DNA of 64,000 nt from Squalus acanthias (Eukaryota), in assembly GCA_030390025.1 (NCBI GenBank), contig CM059431.1, positions 147,748,001 through 147,812,000 of the forward strand. Reading direction: 5' to 3'. The notes beneath the pieces are model-generated. The model saw only the letters and a list, made by a program, of their open reading frames with translations. It had not been told where the DNA came from and ran no database searches. The translations under genes and the position numbers were made by a program. Below, in pieces: positions 13,100-24,199 of the stretch. Within the stretch, counting starts at the first letter, position 1. Each line of letters starts with the position of its first letter.

Positions 13100-13530
13100 A
13101 TAGTGTGATTCATTGGGTCGTTTCAGAGGAGCTGCACTCTGCATTGGTCACATGCTGTATCTGAGTTCACTGTGCTTGATGAACGATAATACAGTGATAA
13201 TTACACTGTTTCTAACTCCTGTCTACCTACCCTGTGAGTTTCAGATGGGACAGTTTTGCGGGAACTTTGCTCTGTATTTACCCATACTGTTCCTAACCTG
13301 GGAGTGTTTGATGGGACAATTTACAGGGAACATTACTCATTATCTATCTCGCGGTTGACTTGAAGTGGGAGTGTTTTATGGGCACTTTAAATATGTTTTA
13401 CACTGTATTTAAGCCATGCTGTTCCTGACCTGGGATTGTTTAATGGACGGTGTAGCTGTTGATTTAATCTGCATGTCTGTCATGCCGTACCTGGACTGCG
13501 AGTGTTTGATGGGACAGTGTAGACGGATCA
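13100..13530. repeat. degenerate ~64-bp satellite (ctgtacctg..ctgggagtgtttgatgggacagtgtaga..)
   Basis: Recurring gggagtgtttgatgggacagt motif. Confidence 0.7.
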
Positions 13531-14714
13531 TTAACTATTATTGCCCATGATTTCCCCTCCAATTATTGTTCATATGTCCCCAACCATTTATAGCCCTGAT
13601 GATCCCTACAATGTGTCTGACGACCCTTCCTGTTACAGGGAATAGACTAGTTTTTGAACACAGATGAGATGGTTGTTATATCTTCATCAACGCACCATTA
13701 CCCCAAACTGCATTTCACTATAGAGAAAGGAGGGAGACGCATTACTTGATATTATGTGAGGGAGTGTTTGGGGTGTATAAATCAAAAGGTGGACATTTGG
13801 GCCATTGAATAGTGGGACCTCATATTTTGAGGATGGGACGGAGAATGAGTAAGGGGCAATTTTGCATGTATGTGCTCTTTGCCTGGGATTTCAGTAGATG
13901 GAACGGGTCGCAGTCAGGACTGAATGAACAACATGTGTTCATACACAGTGAGACTGCACACCAGGAACAGAGCATGATCATGTGACCCTGCTACAGCTCG
14001 ACTGGGCGGAGTTCCGGCTGCTGTGTGACATTGTTACTGGCTGCTGTATGATATCACCTGGAGACAGGTTTCCGCACCTGGTTATACGCCATCAATGGTG
14101 AGTTATTGTGGGCGGAGCTGGAGTTGGCAGTAGATATTGTTAGTGAGTACAGTCCCTATAAATAGGGGCAATGACAGAAAATAACCTGTTAATATTAAAG
14201 TAAGTTATTCAACCAAATATTATTAATTGTAAATATATTCAAATGTAATATATTCATAGTCGCAAAATTAGTCCCATTGTATTCCGATCACAGTTTATGG
14301 AATTAGCATGAATCATTTGTATATATTGGTGGTTCCTCGGAGTCAGCAGTATCTCAGGACGGTGGAGAGAGAGAGAAGGCGAATCATCACCACACTAACT
14401 GGGATTGGAGAAATGTCATTGGTTTCACACAACATATCTGGTGCTACCTTGGCCCCCAGAATCAAAGACGGGATAAAACAGAAAGCTTCAGCAATGATTT
14501 CATGAATGGGAACTTTCCTGAGAATCGAATCAGTCCAGAATTTTGCCGAGGTGAGAATCGATCCCAAATCGGCAGTTGTTCAACATTTGCCACAAGGCTC
14601 GGCTTTTAATCCCGCAATCTGACTGGGGATTCACTCGTGTGTGAATCTTGCCCATACCTCACCTGGGAGAGCTTGAAAGTTTCATGTACACAGAATTTTA
14701 TCCTGTCACCGTAC

Positions 14715-15125
14715 CGTGCTGTACCTGAGTTGATTTGCTTCATTGGGCAGTGTCTGAGGAGCTTTACGCTGCATTGAGCACATGCTGTAACTGAGTTGGC
14801 TGTGCTTGCTGAACCAAAATACAGCGAGATTTACACTGTATCTAACCCTTGCTGTATCTGCCCTGGGAGTATATGATGTGACAGTGTAGAGGGTACATTA
14901 ATTTGTATCTAACCCGTCCTTTACCTGCAGTGGGAGTGTTTGTGGGGAGACTGTAGATGGAGCTTTACTCTGTAATGAACCCGTGCTGTACCTGCCCACG
15001 GATGGTTTGATTGCACGGTGTAGATGGAGCTATCCTCTGTGTCTAACCCATGCCATACCTGCCCAGCGAGTGTCTGATGGTACAGTGTTAAGGGCACTTT
15101 ACCTATATCTTACCCGTGCTGTTCC
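14715..15125. repeat. degenerate ~64-bp satellite
   Basis: Same motif as 13100-13530. Confidence 0.7.
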
Positions 15126-16329
15126 TAACTCGATGATTAAACCACTTGATACTACTGATGATCCCCCAAATGTTGTCTCTGATGCTCCTCATTGTTAAAG
15201 CGATACGACTACTTTCAGAAGACAGAGGTGGTTGTAATATCGCTGCCTCATCTCAGCAATATTACCTCAAACTGCCTCTCACTGCCAAAGCAGGAGGGAG
15301 AGACGCTGCCTGATATAGAGAAGGGGGACGTTAAAATTTATAAACAAGTGTTAGACATGGGGTACATTAAATAGTGGGACTTCGCATTTGGATGATGGGA
15401 GTGCGAATGCGTAAGGGGTAATTCTGGTGGCTGTGATCCCTACCTCGAGTCACAGTAAATGGGGTCGGGCGAGGAGACAGTAGCGATAGCACAACACGTG
15501 TTCATGCCCAGCGAGATTGCGCACCAGGAGCAGAGCATGGCCATGTGACCCTGGAACACATCGAGGGGGAGGGGCACCGGCTGCTTTGTGACATCGTTAG
15601 AGGCTGATGTGTGACTGTCTCCTGACTCCTTTATGATGTCACCTGGAGATAGCTTTCCGCCCCTGGTTACGCCCCATTAGTGGTGTGTTACTGTGGGCGG
15701 AGCTGGAGTTTGCAGCAGATATTGTGAGTGAGAACAGCCTCTATAAATAGGGTCAATCAAAAGAGCTATTCATTATTAAAGTAAATAACTAAAACAATTT
15801 GTAAATTTTTTCAAATTAAATATATTTACACTCACAGAAATTGTCCCATTGTCTTCCTGTAACAGTTTCTCTTATTAAGATGAATCATGTTTATATTAAA
15901 AATGTATATGATTGAGCAGTATCGCAGGAAGGTGGAGAGAGAGAATTCGAATACTCACTGCATTAACTGGGACTGGAGAAAGGTCGCTATGTTCAGAGAG
16001 GAGATCTGGTGGGATCAAAACCCGGGATTGAAGACCGGCATCGGGAAGCTTCCGTTGTAATTGATCTGATTGCAAATATGAGGAAGTTTACGGAGAATCC
16101 CTTCAATCGATGCTTTTGCGAAGGTGAGAGTTGAACAAGCTATTGGGAGAAGTTAAGCTTTGGGCGTAAAACTCAGTCTTTGATGCGACAAATTGCCTTC
16201 GGATTCAGTGATATGTAAGGCTCGCCAATATCGTTAGTTCTTTACCCACTCGTGTGAGGGAATTGTTTTTCTCTATCAAAGCTCACATCATCTTGCAAAA
16301 CTCGATCAGTTTTTTTAATTCCTTCACGG

Positions 16330-16918
16330 CCTCTGGGCGTCGCTGGCAAATCCAAATTCTTGAGTGTTGTTGGAGATGCACTCATTCAGGCAAGTGGAGA
16401 GTTTTCCATCATACTCATTTCTTGTGCCTTGTTGATGCCGGAAAGGCTTTGGGGAGTCAGGAGCTGACAACACTTGCCGCAGAATACCTAGCATCTGAAC
16501 TGCTCTTGTTGCCACAGTATTTATGTGGATGGTCCAGTTAAGTTTCTGGTCAATGGTGACCCCCAGGATGTTGATGGTGGGGGATTCGGCGATGGTAATG
16601 CCATTGAATGTAAAGGGGCGGTGGTTAGACTCTCGCTTGTTGGAGATAGTCATTACCTGGCACTTGTGTGGCGCAAATGTTACCTGCCATTCATTAGCCC
16701 AACGCTGAATGTCGTCCAGGTCTTGTTGCATGCGGGAATGGACTGCTTCATTTGTCTTGCTTTTTTTGGACAGGACATATCCGGGCAATTTTCCACATTG
16801 TCGGATGGATGCCAGCATTGTCACTGTACTGGAACAGCTTGGTTGGAGGCGAGGCTAGTTCTGGAGCACAAGTCATCAGCACAACAGCCGGGATATTGTC
16901 GGTGCCCATAGCCTTTGC
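16330..16918 (-). mobile_element. CR1/L2-group LINE RT fragments
   Basis: MQQDLDDIQRWANEWQVTFAPHKCQ, ILGVTIDQKLNW and KAMGTDNIP motifs. Confidence 0.8.
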
Positions 16919-18260
16919 TTTTCTTAACATTCTCTGTTCCAAGGAGAACAGTCTTAACTTTTCTAACCTCTCCTCATAACTGAAGTTCCTCATCCCTGGT
17001 AACATCCTGGTAAACTTCCTCTGTTCTCCTGTTGCCTTTCTAAGCCCTTCACATCTTTCCTGAAGGGTGGTGCTCAGAATTGTCAACAATATTCCAGCTG
17101 AGGATTTACCAATGATTTATAAAATTCCCGCATGATCGCTTTGTTTTTATATTATATTCCATTATTTATAAACCCAATAAAATCATGTAATTTTTAACCA
17201 ACTTTTCAACTTGCCCAGCCACCTTTAAGGATTTGTATATATGGACACCAAGTTTCCTCTGATCATTTAAACGTTTCAATATTGTGCCATTTACAGTTTA
17301 CTGTCTTTCCATTTTAGTCCTCCCAAAGTGTCTCACTTCACACTTCTCTGCATTGAGCTCCATCTGCCCTTCTTCCCATTTCACCATCCTTGCTCTGTCA
17401 GCCTGAAGCCTGTTAGTACCTGCATCACTATTTACTTTTTTTCCAAGATTCATATCATCTGCTAAGTGTATAATGTTGTTTATAAAAAATGAAAAGTGTA
17501 ATGGACCCAAAATGACCCTTGGGGAACAGCACGGCAAACTACCTGCCAGTCTGAAAAAAACATCCATTCACGACCACCATTGGCTTCCTATCACTGAGCA
17601 TATTTTGTAGCCATCCGCCACTTTCCACTTCATGACATGGGTTTCCATCTTCTTAACAAGCCGCATATCCAAACCAGATATCCAAGTTTGCAGATGGAAG
17701 CATGAAATTATAAAGAGATATTAATAGATTAACTGACTGGACAAAACTTTGGCAAATTATTTTAATCTATGCAAGTATGAGATTATCGACTTTGGACCCA
17801 AGTAAGATAGATCAGAATGATAAACAGTGAGAGGCTGGACACAGTGGAGGTCCAAAGAGATTTAAGCTTCCATGTACATATATCATTAAATATCATGGAC
17901 AGGTACAGAAAATAATCAAAAAAGGTTAATGCAATGCTGATATTTATATCTAGTGAACTACAGTATCAGGGGAAATGTTATGCTACAGCTATACAAAGTG
18001 CTGGTTAAACTGTATTCAGTTCCGGGCATCACACATTAGGAAGGAAATATTAGCCTTAAAGAGTGAAGCGTAGATAAAGAAAGATCAGAATACATTCAAA
18101 ACGAAGTAAACCCGGAACCAGTGGCTGTCCAAAGATACTTAAGAGTCCATGTACATTTATCATTAAATTGTCATGGACAAGTAAAGAAAATAATCATAAA
18201 GGCTAATTGAATGCTGGTCTTTATATCTGTAGGATAACAATATAAGGGGGAGAAATTATG
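16919..18260. mobile_element. mosaic of old CR1 fragments (minus, then plus)
   Basis: SYEERLEKLRLFSLEQR and MELNAEKCEVRHFGR motifs. Confidence 0.7.
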
Positions 18261-19160
18261 CTATGTCAGAGCCATAACAGCTCAGAAGGAGGCCATTCGG
18301 CCCATCGAGTCCGTACCGGCTCTTTGTAGAGCGATCCAGTCAGTCCCATTTCCCGGCTCTATCCCCGTAGCTCTGCAAGTTTTTTTTCCCTCATGTGCCT
18401 ATCCAATCTCCCCTTGAAAACATTGAGTGTCTCCGCTTCCACCACATCCATCGGCAGCGAATTCCAGGTCATCACCACTCGCTAAGTACATTTTTTTCCT
18501 CACGTCCCTCCTGTATCTCTTGCCCAAAACCTTAAATCTGTGTCCCCTAGCCCTTGTACCATCAACTAGTGAGAACAGATTTTCCCCGTCTAGCCTATCC
18601 AAACCCGTCATAACTTTGTACACCTCTATTAAATCACCCTTCAACCTCCTTTGCTCTAATGAAAACAAAACCAGCTTATCCAACCTGTCCTTATAGCTAA
18701 GATCCCCCATCCCTGGAAACATTCCATTAAATTTCATCTGCATCCTCTCAATGGCCTTCATATCCTTTCAAAAGTGTGGTGACCAGAACTGGACGTAATA
18801 ATCCAGTTGTAGCTCACCAGCATTTTATAAAGGTTCAGCATAACTTCTCTACTTATGTGCTCAATACCTCTATTTATGAAGCCCAAGATCCCACATGCTA
18901 TGCTAACCACTCTCTCTATGTCCTGCCACCTTCAGGGACCTATGCACATTAACTCGCAGGTCTCTCTGTCCCTGCAAACTCTTTAGAACTGTGCCATTAT
19001 GTGTATATTGCCTCTCCCTGTTCCTTCTGCCAAAATGCATCACCTCACACTTCTCTGTATTAAATTCCATCATGATGCGGAGATGCCGGTGTTGGACTGG
19101 GGTGGACAAAATTGAGAGGTCGCACAACACCAGGTTATAGTCCAACAGTTTTATTTGAAA

Positions 19161-19202
19161 TCACAAGCTTTCGGAGCTATCGATTGCTCCTTCCTCAGGT
19201 GA
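19161..19202 (-). ncRNA. minimal hammerhead ribozyme motif (mirror arm)
   Basis: Exact reverse complement of 19208-19249. Confidence 0.65.
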
Positions 19203-19207
19203 AGTCT

Positions 19208-19249
19208 TCACCTGAGGAAGGAGCAATCGATAGCTCCGAAAGCTTGTGA
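19208..19249 (+). ncRNA. minimal hammerhead ribozyme motif
   Basis: tcac-CTGAGGA-a-ggagc[aatcgata]gctcc-GAAA-gc-TT-gtga: core boxes, stem II, stem I tcac/gtga, palindromic aagctt stem III. Confidence 0.65.
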
Positions 19250-19411
19250 TTTCAAATAAAACTGTTGGACTATAACCTGGTGTTGTGCGACCTCTCAATT
19301 AAATTCCATCAGCCATTTGTCTGTTTGCCTTCTATGTCCTGCATAAATGTAACGGCTGGACAAGGGACGTGTCGTTTGGAAAGCATCGCCTGAATTATTC
19401 AAACATAGCCG

Positions 19412-19455
19412 AGGCACGGAAGGGGATCGAACCCTTACTACTTGGTCACCGCGCC
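19412..19455 (-). pseudogene. tRNA-Thr-like pseudogene with internal deletion
   Basis: Reverse complement ggcgcggtgaccaagtagtaag/ggttcgatccccttccgtgcct; anticodon arm missing. Confidence 0.65.
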
Positions 19456-19624
19456 CACTTACGTAGCACTCTACATTTATCATTATATTGTCATGGATGG
19501 TAAATAAAATAATCAAAAAGGCTAATTAAATGGTTGTATTTATATCTATAGAATTATAATATAAGGGGGAGAAATTATACAGCAGCTATACAAAGCACTG
19601 GTTAAACCACACCTGGAATACTGT

Positions 19625-19789
19625 ACGATAGCAAAATACTGCAGATGCTGGAAATCCGAAATAACAACAGAAAACGCTGGAAAGACTCAGCAGGCGAGGC
19701 AGCATCCGTGGAGAGAGAAACAGAGTTAACGTTTCAGGCCAAAGATGCTGCCTCGCCTGCTGAGTTTTTCCAGCGTTTTCTTTTGTTAT
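19625..19789. mobile_element. inverted-repeat mini-element derived from the Penelope 3' end, 13-bp TSD
   Basis: Arms match 39003-39083 in inverted arrangement; TSD cctggaatactgt at 19612-19624 and 19790-19802; empty site near 21688. Confidence 0.85.
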
Positions 19790-20380
19790 CCTGGAATACT
19801 GTGTTCACTTCTGGGCATTACACCTTCGGAAGGTAGTATTAGGATTAAAGGGTGAAGCGTAGATTTACCAGAATGATACATAGAGTCCAAGGGTTCAATT
19901 ACAATGGGAGATTACAAAAACCTAGGGTTATCTTCACTGGAATTTAGAAGCTTAAGGGATGAAATGATTGAAGTATTCACGATATTAAGGGGAACTGATA
20001 GGGTATATAGAGAGAAGCTATTTCCGATAATTGGCGACTCTAGGACTAGGAGACACAGCCTAAACATTAGACCCAAGCCTTTGCAGGAGTGAATTTAGGA
20101 AACACTTCTCCATGGAATGGATGGTAGAAATTTGTAACTCACTTCCACAAACATCAGTTAATGTTGGGTCAATTGTTAATTGTAAACCTGAGATTGATGG
20201 ATTTTTGTTAACCAAATGTATTAAGGAATCTGGAGCAAAGTGATGAAAACGAGTTACATCACAAGATCTCACTGAATGACAGAAAAGGTCGAGGGGTTAA
20301 ACGGCCTCCTTCTGTTACTACTCTCATTGTTAATAGATCAGAGCCCGAATATGGCGAAGAGAACCGCGATTTGAAAGCAG

Positions 20381-20453
20381 CAACTGTGTAGTGACTTGAA
20401 TCCTGGACTCTCAAATTAAAAGTCTGATGCTTTACCGACTGAGCTATCCGGGC
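20381..20453 (-). pseudogene. tRNA-Lys(TTT) pseudogene
   Basis: Reverse complement gcccggatagctcagtcggtaaagcatcagacttttaatttgagagtccaggattcaagtc; 3' acceptor strand decayed. Confidence 0.8.
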
Positions 20454-21465
20454 TCAAGTAGGCAAAAGCTCACGAAAGATCTTTCATTTGCTGCCGTGCA
20501 TCATTGCAAACTCTACAAATTCAATTTTCTTGTCCAGTAGTCCAATGTATGACTTAATCATAGTCATAGTGTCATAACGGCACAGAAGGAGGAGATTCGG
20601 CCCATCGAGTCTGTGCTGGCTCTCTGTAGAGCAATCCAGTCAGTCCCATTCCCCCGCTCGATCACCGTAGCTCTGCAAGTTTATTTCGCTCAATTGCCTA
20701 TCCAGTCTCCCTTTGAAAAGATTGAGTGTCTCCGCTTCCACCACTTCCGTCGGCAGCGAAGTACAGGTCTTCACCACTCGCTGCGTACTTTTCTTTCCCT
20801 TCACATCCCCCCTGTATCACTTGCCCAAATCCAGAAATCAGTGTTCCCTAGTCCTTGAACCATCAACTAGTGGGAACAGCCTTTCCGCATCTATCCGATC
20901 CATACCCGTCATAATCTTTTACACCTCTATCAAATCACCCCTCAAACTCCTTTGCTCTAATGAAAACAAATCCAGCTTCTCCAACCTGTCCTTGTAGCTA
21001 AGAACCCCCATCCCCGGAAACATTCTGGTAAATCTCCTCTGCACCCTGCCATGGGCCTTCACATCCTTTCTAAAGTGTGGTGAGCAGAACTGGACGCAAT
21101 ACTCCAGTTGTTACCTTACCAGCGCTTTATGAAGGTTCAGCATAACTTCTCTACATTTGTACTCAATACCTCTATTTATGATGCCCAAGATCCCATATGC
21201 TTTCTCAATTTGTGCCGCCACCTTCAGGGACCTAAGCACATTAACTCCCAGGTCCCTCTTTCCCTGCACAATATTTAAAAATGTGCTATTAAGTGTATAT
21301 TGCCTCTCCCTGTTCCATCCGCCAAAATGCATCATCACACACTTCTCTGTATTAAATTCCATCTGCCACTTGTCTGTTAGAGTTTCTATGTCCTGTAGAC
21401 ATCAAGCGGCTAGACAATGGACGTTTAATTCGGAAAACATCGCCTGAAATATGCAAAACTAACCG

Positions 21466-21530
21466 AGCCACGGACGGGGATCGAACCCGCGCTCTTCGGT
21501 TTACAAGACTTACCGTTTGGCCACCATGCC
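21466..21530 (-). pseudogene. tRNA-Thr pseudogene
   Basis: Reverse complement ggcatggtggccaaacggtaag-tctTGTaaaccgaagagcgcgggttcgatccccgtccgtggct; small deletion. Confidence 0.75.
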
Positions 21531-22217
21531 CACGTAAATAGCCTTGCACATTTATCATTAAATTGTCATGGACAGGTAGAGAAAAGAATCAAAAAGGCTA
21601 ATTGAATGGTGTTATTTATATCTATAGGATTACAATATAAGGGGGAGAAATTAAGCGAAAGCTTTACAAAGCCCTGGTTAGACCACACCTGAAATACTGT
21701 GTTCACTTATGGGCATTACACCTTCGGAAGGTCGTATTAGGATTAAAGAGCCAAGCGTAGATTTACCAGAATGATACATAGAATCCAAGGGTTCAATTAC
21801 AAAAAACTAGGGTTGCAATCACAGGAATTTAGAAGCTTAAGGAATGATATGATTGAAGTATTCAAGTTATTAAGGGGAACTGATAGGTAAAATAGAGAGA
21901 AGTTATTTCAGATAATTGGCGAGTCTAGGACTAGGGGACATAGCCTAAAGATTAGGTCCAAGCCTTTGCAGGAGGGAAATTAGGAAAGACTTCTCCATGG
22001 AATGGGTGGTAGAAATTTGTATCTCACTTTCACAAACAGCAGCTAATGTTGGGTCAATTGTTAACTTTGATTGATGTTAACCACAGGTATTAAGGAATCT
22101 GGTGCAAAGGGAGTTTGTTCACAGATCTCATTGAATGGCAGCACAGAATCGAAGGCCTAAATGGTGCACACCTGATGCCATTATTAAATAATCTGAGTTT
22201 TACGTTACTGCATGAAT

Positions 22218-22290
22218 GTGGGGGATGAGGACTTGGACCCTGGACTGTCAGATTAAAGGTGTGATACTCTACCAATTGAGCTATCCGGGC
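22218..22290 (-). pseudogene. tRNA-Lys pseudogene
   Basis: Reverse complement gcccggatagctcaattggtagagtatcacacctttaatctgacagtccagggtccaagtcc. Confidence 0.75.
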
Positions 22291-22349
22291 TCCTGTAGAA
22301 CCAGCGTCACTAAAGGACCTTCACTGGTTGCCCTTCATCATTACACTCT

Positions 22350-22812
22350 CAGATAGATCATTCAAATATCATGCACATGTAAAGAAAATAATCAAAAAAG
22401 CCAATAGCATACTGGCATTTATATCTAGAGGTCAAGAATACAAGGGGTAGAAGTTATGCTGCAGCTATACGAAGCGCTGTTTAGACCACACCTGGAGTAC
22501 TCTGAGCAGTTCTGGGCACTACACCTTAAGAAGGATATGTTGGCCGTGCAGGGAGTGCAACGAAGGTTTACCAAAATGATACCCAGATACAAAGGGCTCA
22601 ATTATGATGAAATAATACACAAATTCGCATTGTATTGCCTAGAATTTAGAAGGTTGAGGAGTGATTTGATTGACGTTTTCAAGATATGAATAGGAACAGA
22701 TAAGGTAGATAGAGAGAAGCTAATTCCGCAGGCTGGGGATTCTAGGACTGGGGAGCATAATCTGAAAATTAGAGCCAGGCTTTTCAGATTTGCAATTAGG
22801 AAACGCTTCTAG
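22350..22812 (+). mobile_element. CR1 3' fragment
   Basis: LYEALFRPHLEY...QRRFTKMIP motif. Confidence 0.8.
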
Positions 22813-22900
22813 TCACAAAACAGTCATTAATAATGGCATTCACCGTTTGATCCATACAAGGCCAACACATCGGCTGCAGTAGCCTTTGAACTAGCTGTAG

Positions 22901-23870
22901 AGAGTGCAGTTTGTCACGGAGTGCAGATTGGAATAGAGTGTTAAGCTGTGAGTTTGGTGAATGAGGGAGTAAATCTTAAAGGTTAATCTCTTATTTTTAT
23001 AAATTCTAGTCGTGTGTGCTTACAATTAGCATTTATATTTACTGTTTCAAGTTTTAAGTTTCTTCCAGGCTTGGGCAGGGCTGAGCAAGCTCTGTGCTGG
23101 AGAGCAAGTGAGAGTAATTAATTAATTAACTGGTCTAATCTGGTTCTGTAACTGCCAAAGAGCTCACTTATTTAAATCTCAGCAGTATAAATAAGGGAGA
23201 CTAGAGTGCAGTTTGTCACGGAGTGCAGATTGGAACAGAATGTTAAGCTGCGAGTTTGGTGAGTGAGGGAGTAAATCTTAAAGGTTAATCTCTTATTTTT
23301 ATAAATTCTAGTCTTGTGTGCTTGCAATTAGCATTTAAATTTACTGTTTCAAGTTTTAAGTTTCTTCCAGGCTTGGGCAGGGCTAAGCAAGCTCTGTGCT
23401 GGAGAGCAGGTGAGATAAATTATTAATTAACTAGTCTAAACTGGTTCTGTAACTGCCAGAGAGCTCACTTACTTAAATCTCAGCAATATAAATAAGGGAG
23501 CCTAGAGTGCAGTTTGTCACGGAGTGTAGATTGGAACAGAGTGTTAAGCTGCGAGTTTGGTGAGTGATGGAGTAAATCTTAAAGGTTAATCTCTTATTTT
23601 TCTAAATTCTATTCTTGTGTGCTCGAAATTAGCATTTAAATTTACTGTTTCAAGTTTTAAGTTTCTTCCAGGCTTGTGCAGGGCTAAGCAAGCTCTGTGC
23701 TGGAGAGCAGGTGGAGTAATTAATTAATTAACTGGTCTAATCTGGTTCTGTAACTGCCAGAGAGCTCACTTACTTAAATTTCAGCAGTATAAATAAGGGA
23801 GACTAGAGTGCAGTTTGTCACTGAGTGCAAATTGGAACAGAGTGTTAAGCTGCGAGTTTGGTGAGTGCGA
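22901..23870 (+). repeat. three ~301-bp tandem monomers plus a partial fourth in the CR1 5' UTR
   Basis: Units start at 22901, 23203, 23504 and 23805; each ends ...tataaataagggagact. Confidence 0.95.
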
Positions 23871-24199
23871 GAATGAGGGGAGGGAGGTGTTCCTTCCTTT
23901 TTCCATCTTTGTCAGCTTCCTGGTGCGGCGGCGGACCTGCGTGAGGCGAGGCGGTGGCAGAGGGTTTAAAAGGCTCCAGAGACCAGGTAAGGCGGGACCA
24001 GTCTCCGAACTCGGAGGGAGGGAGAGAGATAAAAATAATCGAGGTGTGACGTCACCAGAAAGCAGGTAAGTAATTGGTTGGTGTGTATTTCTCTCTTTTT
24101 AAAATTAAACTCTGTGGTTTACAGTTTCTCAGGTGTGATATTCATCAGGCGGGGCAGAGGGTATTTAAAAATATTAATACATTTTATTAATTACATAGA

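Larger units (their letters stand above)
12439..16235 (+). repeat. ~1.6-kb tandem unit (two units plus part of a third) with GC-box/TATA/exon-like features; identity unknown
   Basis: gggcggagctggagtt recurs at 12485, 14110 and 15695 (spacing 1625 and 1585) with colinear downstream similarity; a fourth copy is at 43878-44413. Confidence 0.85.
19073..19297. mobile_element. palindromic Penelope-type mini-element with hammerhead motifs and 14-bp TSD
   Basis: Perfect 95-bp arms (19110-19300, centre 19205); TSD attaaattccatca at 19059-19072 and 19298-19311; empty site in the paralog near 21349. Confidence 0.85.
18265..22345. repeat. tandem duplication (~18265-20540 and ~20560-22345): CR1(-), tRNA-Thr pseudogene, CR1(+), tRNA-Lys pseudogene
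   Basis: Colinear similarity between the two units; unit 1 carries two extra insertions that are absent from unit 2. Confidence 0.88.
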
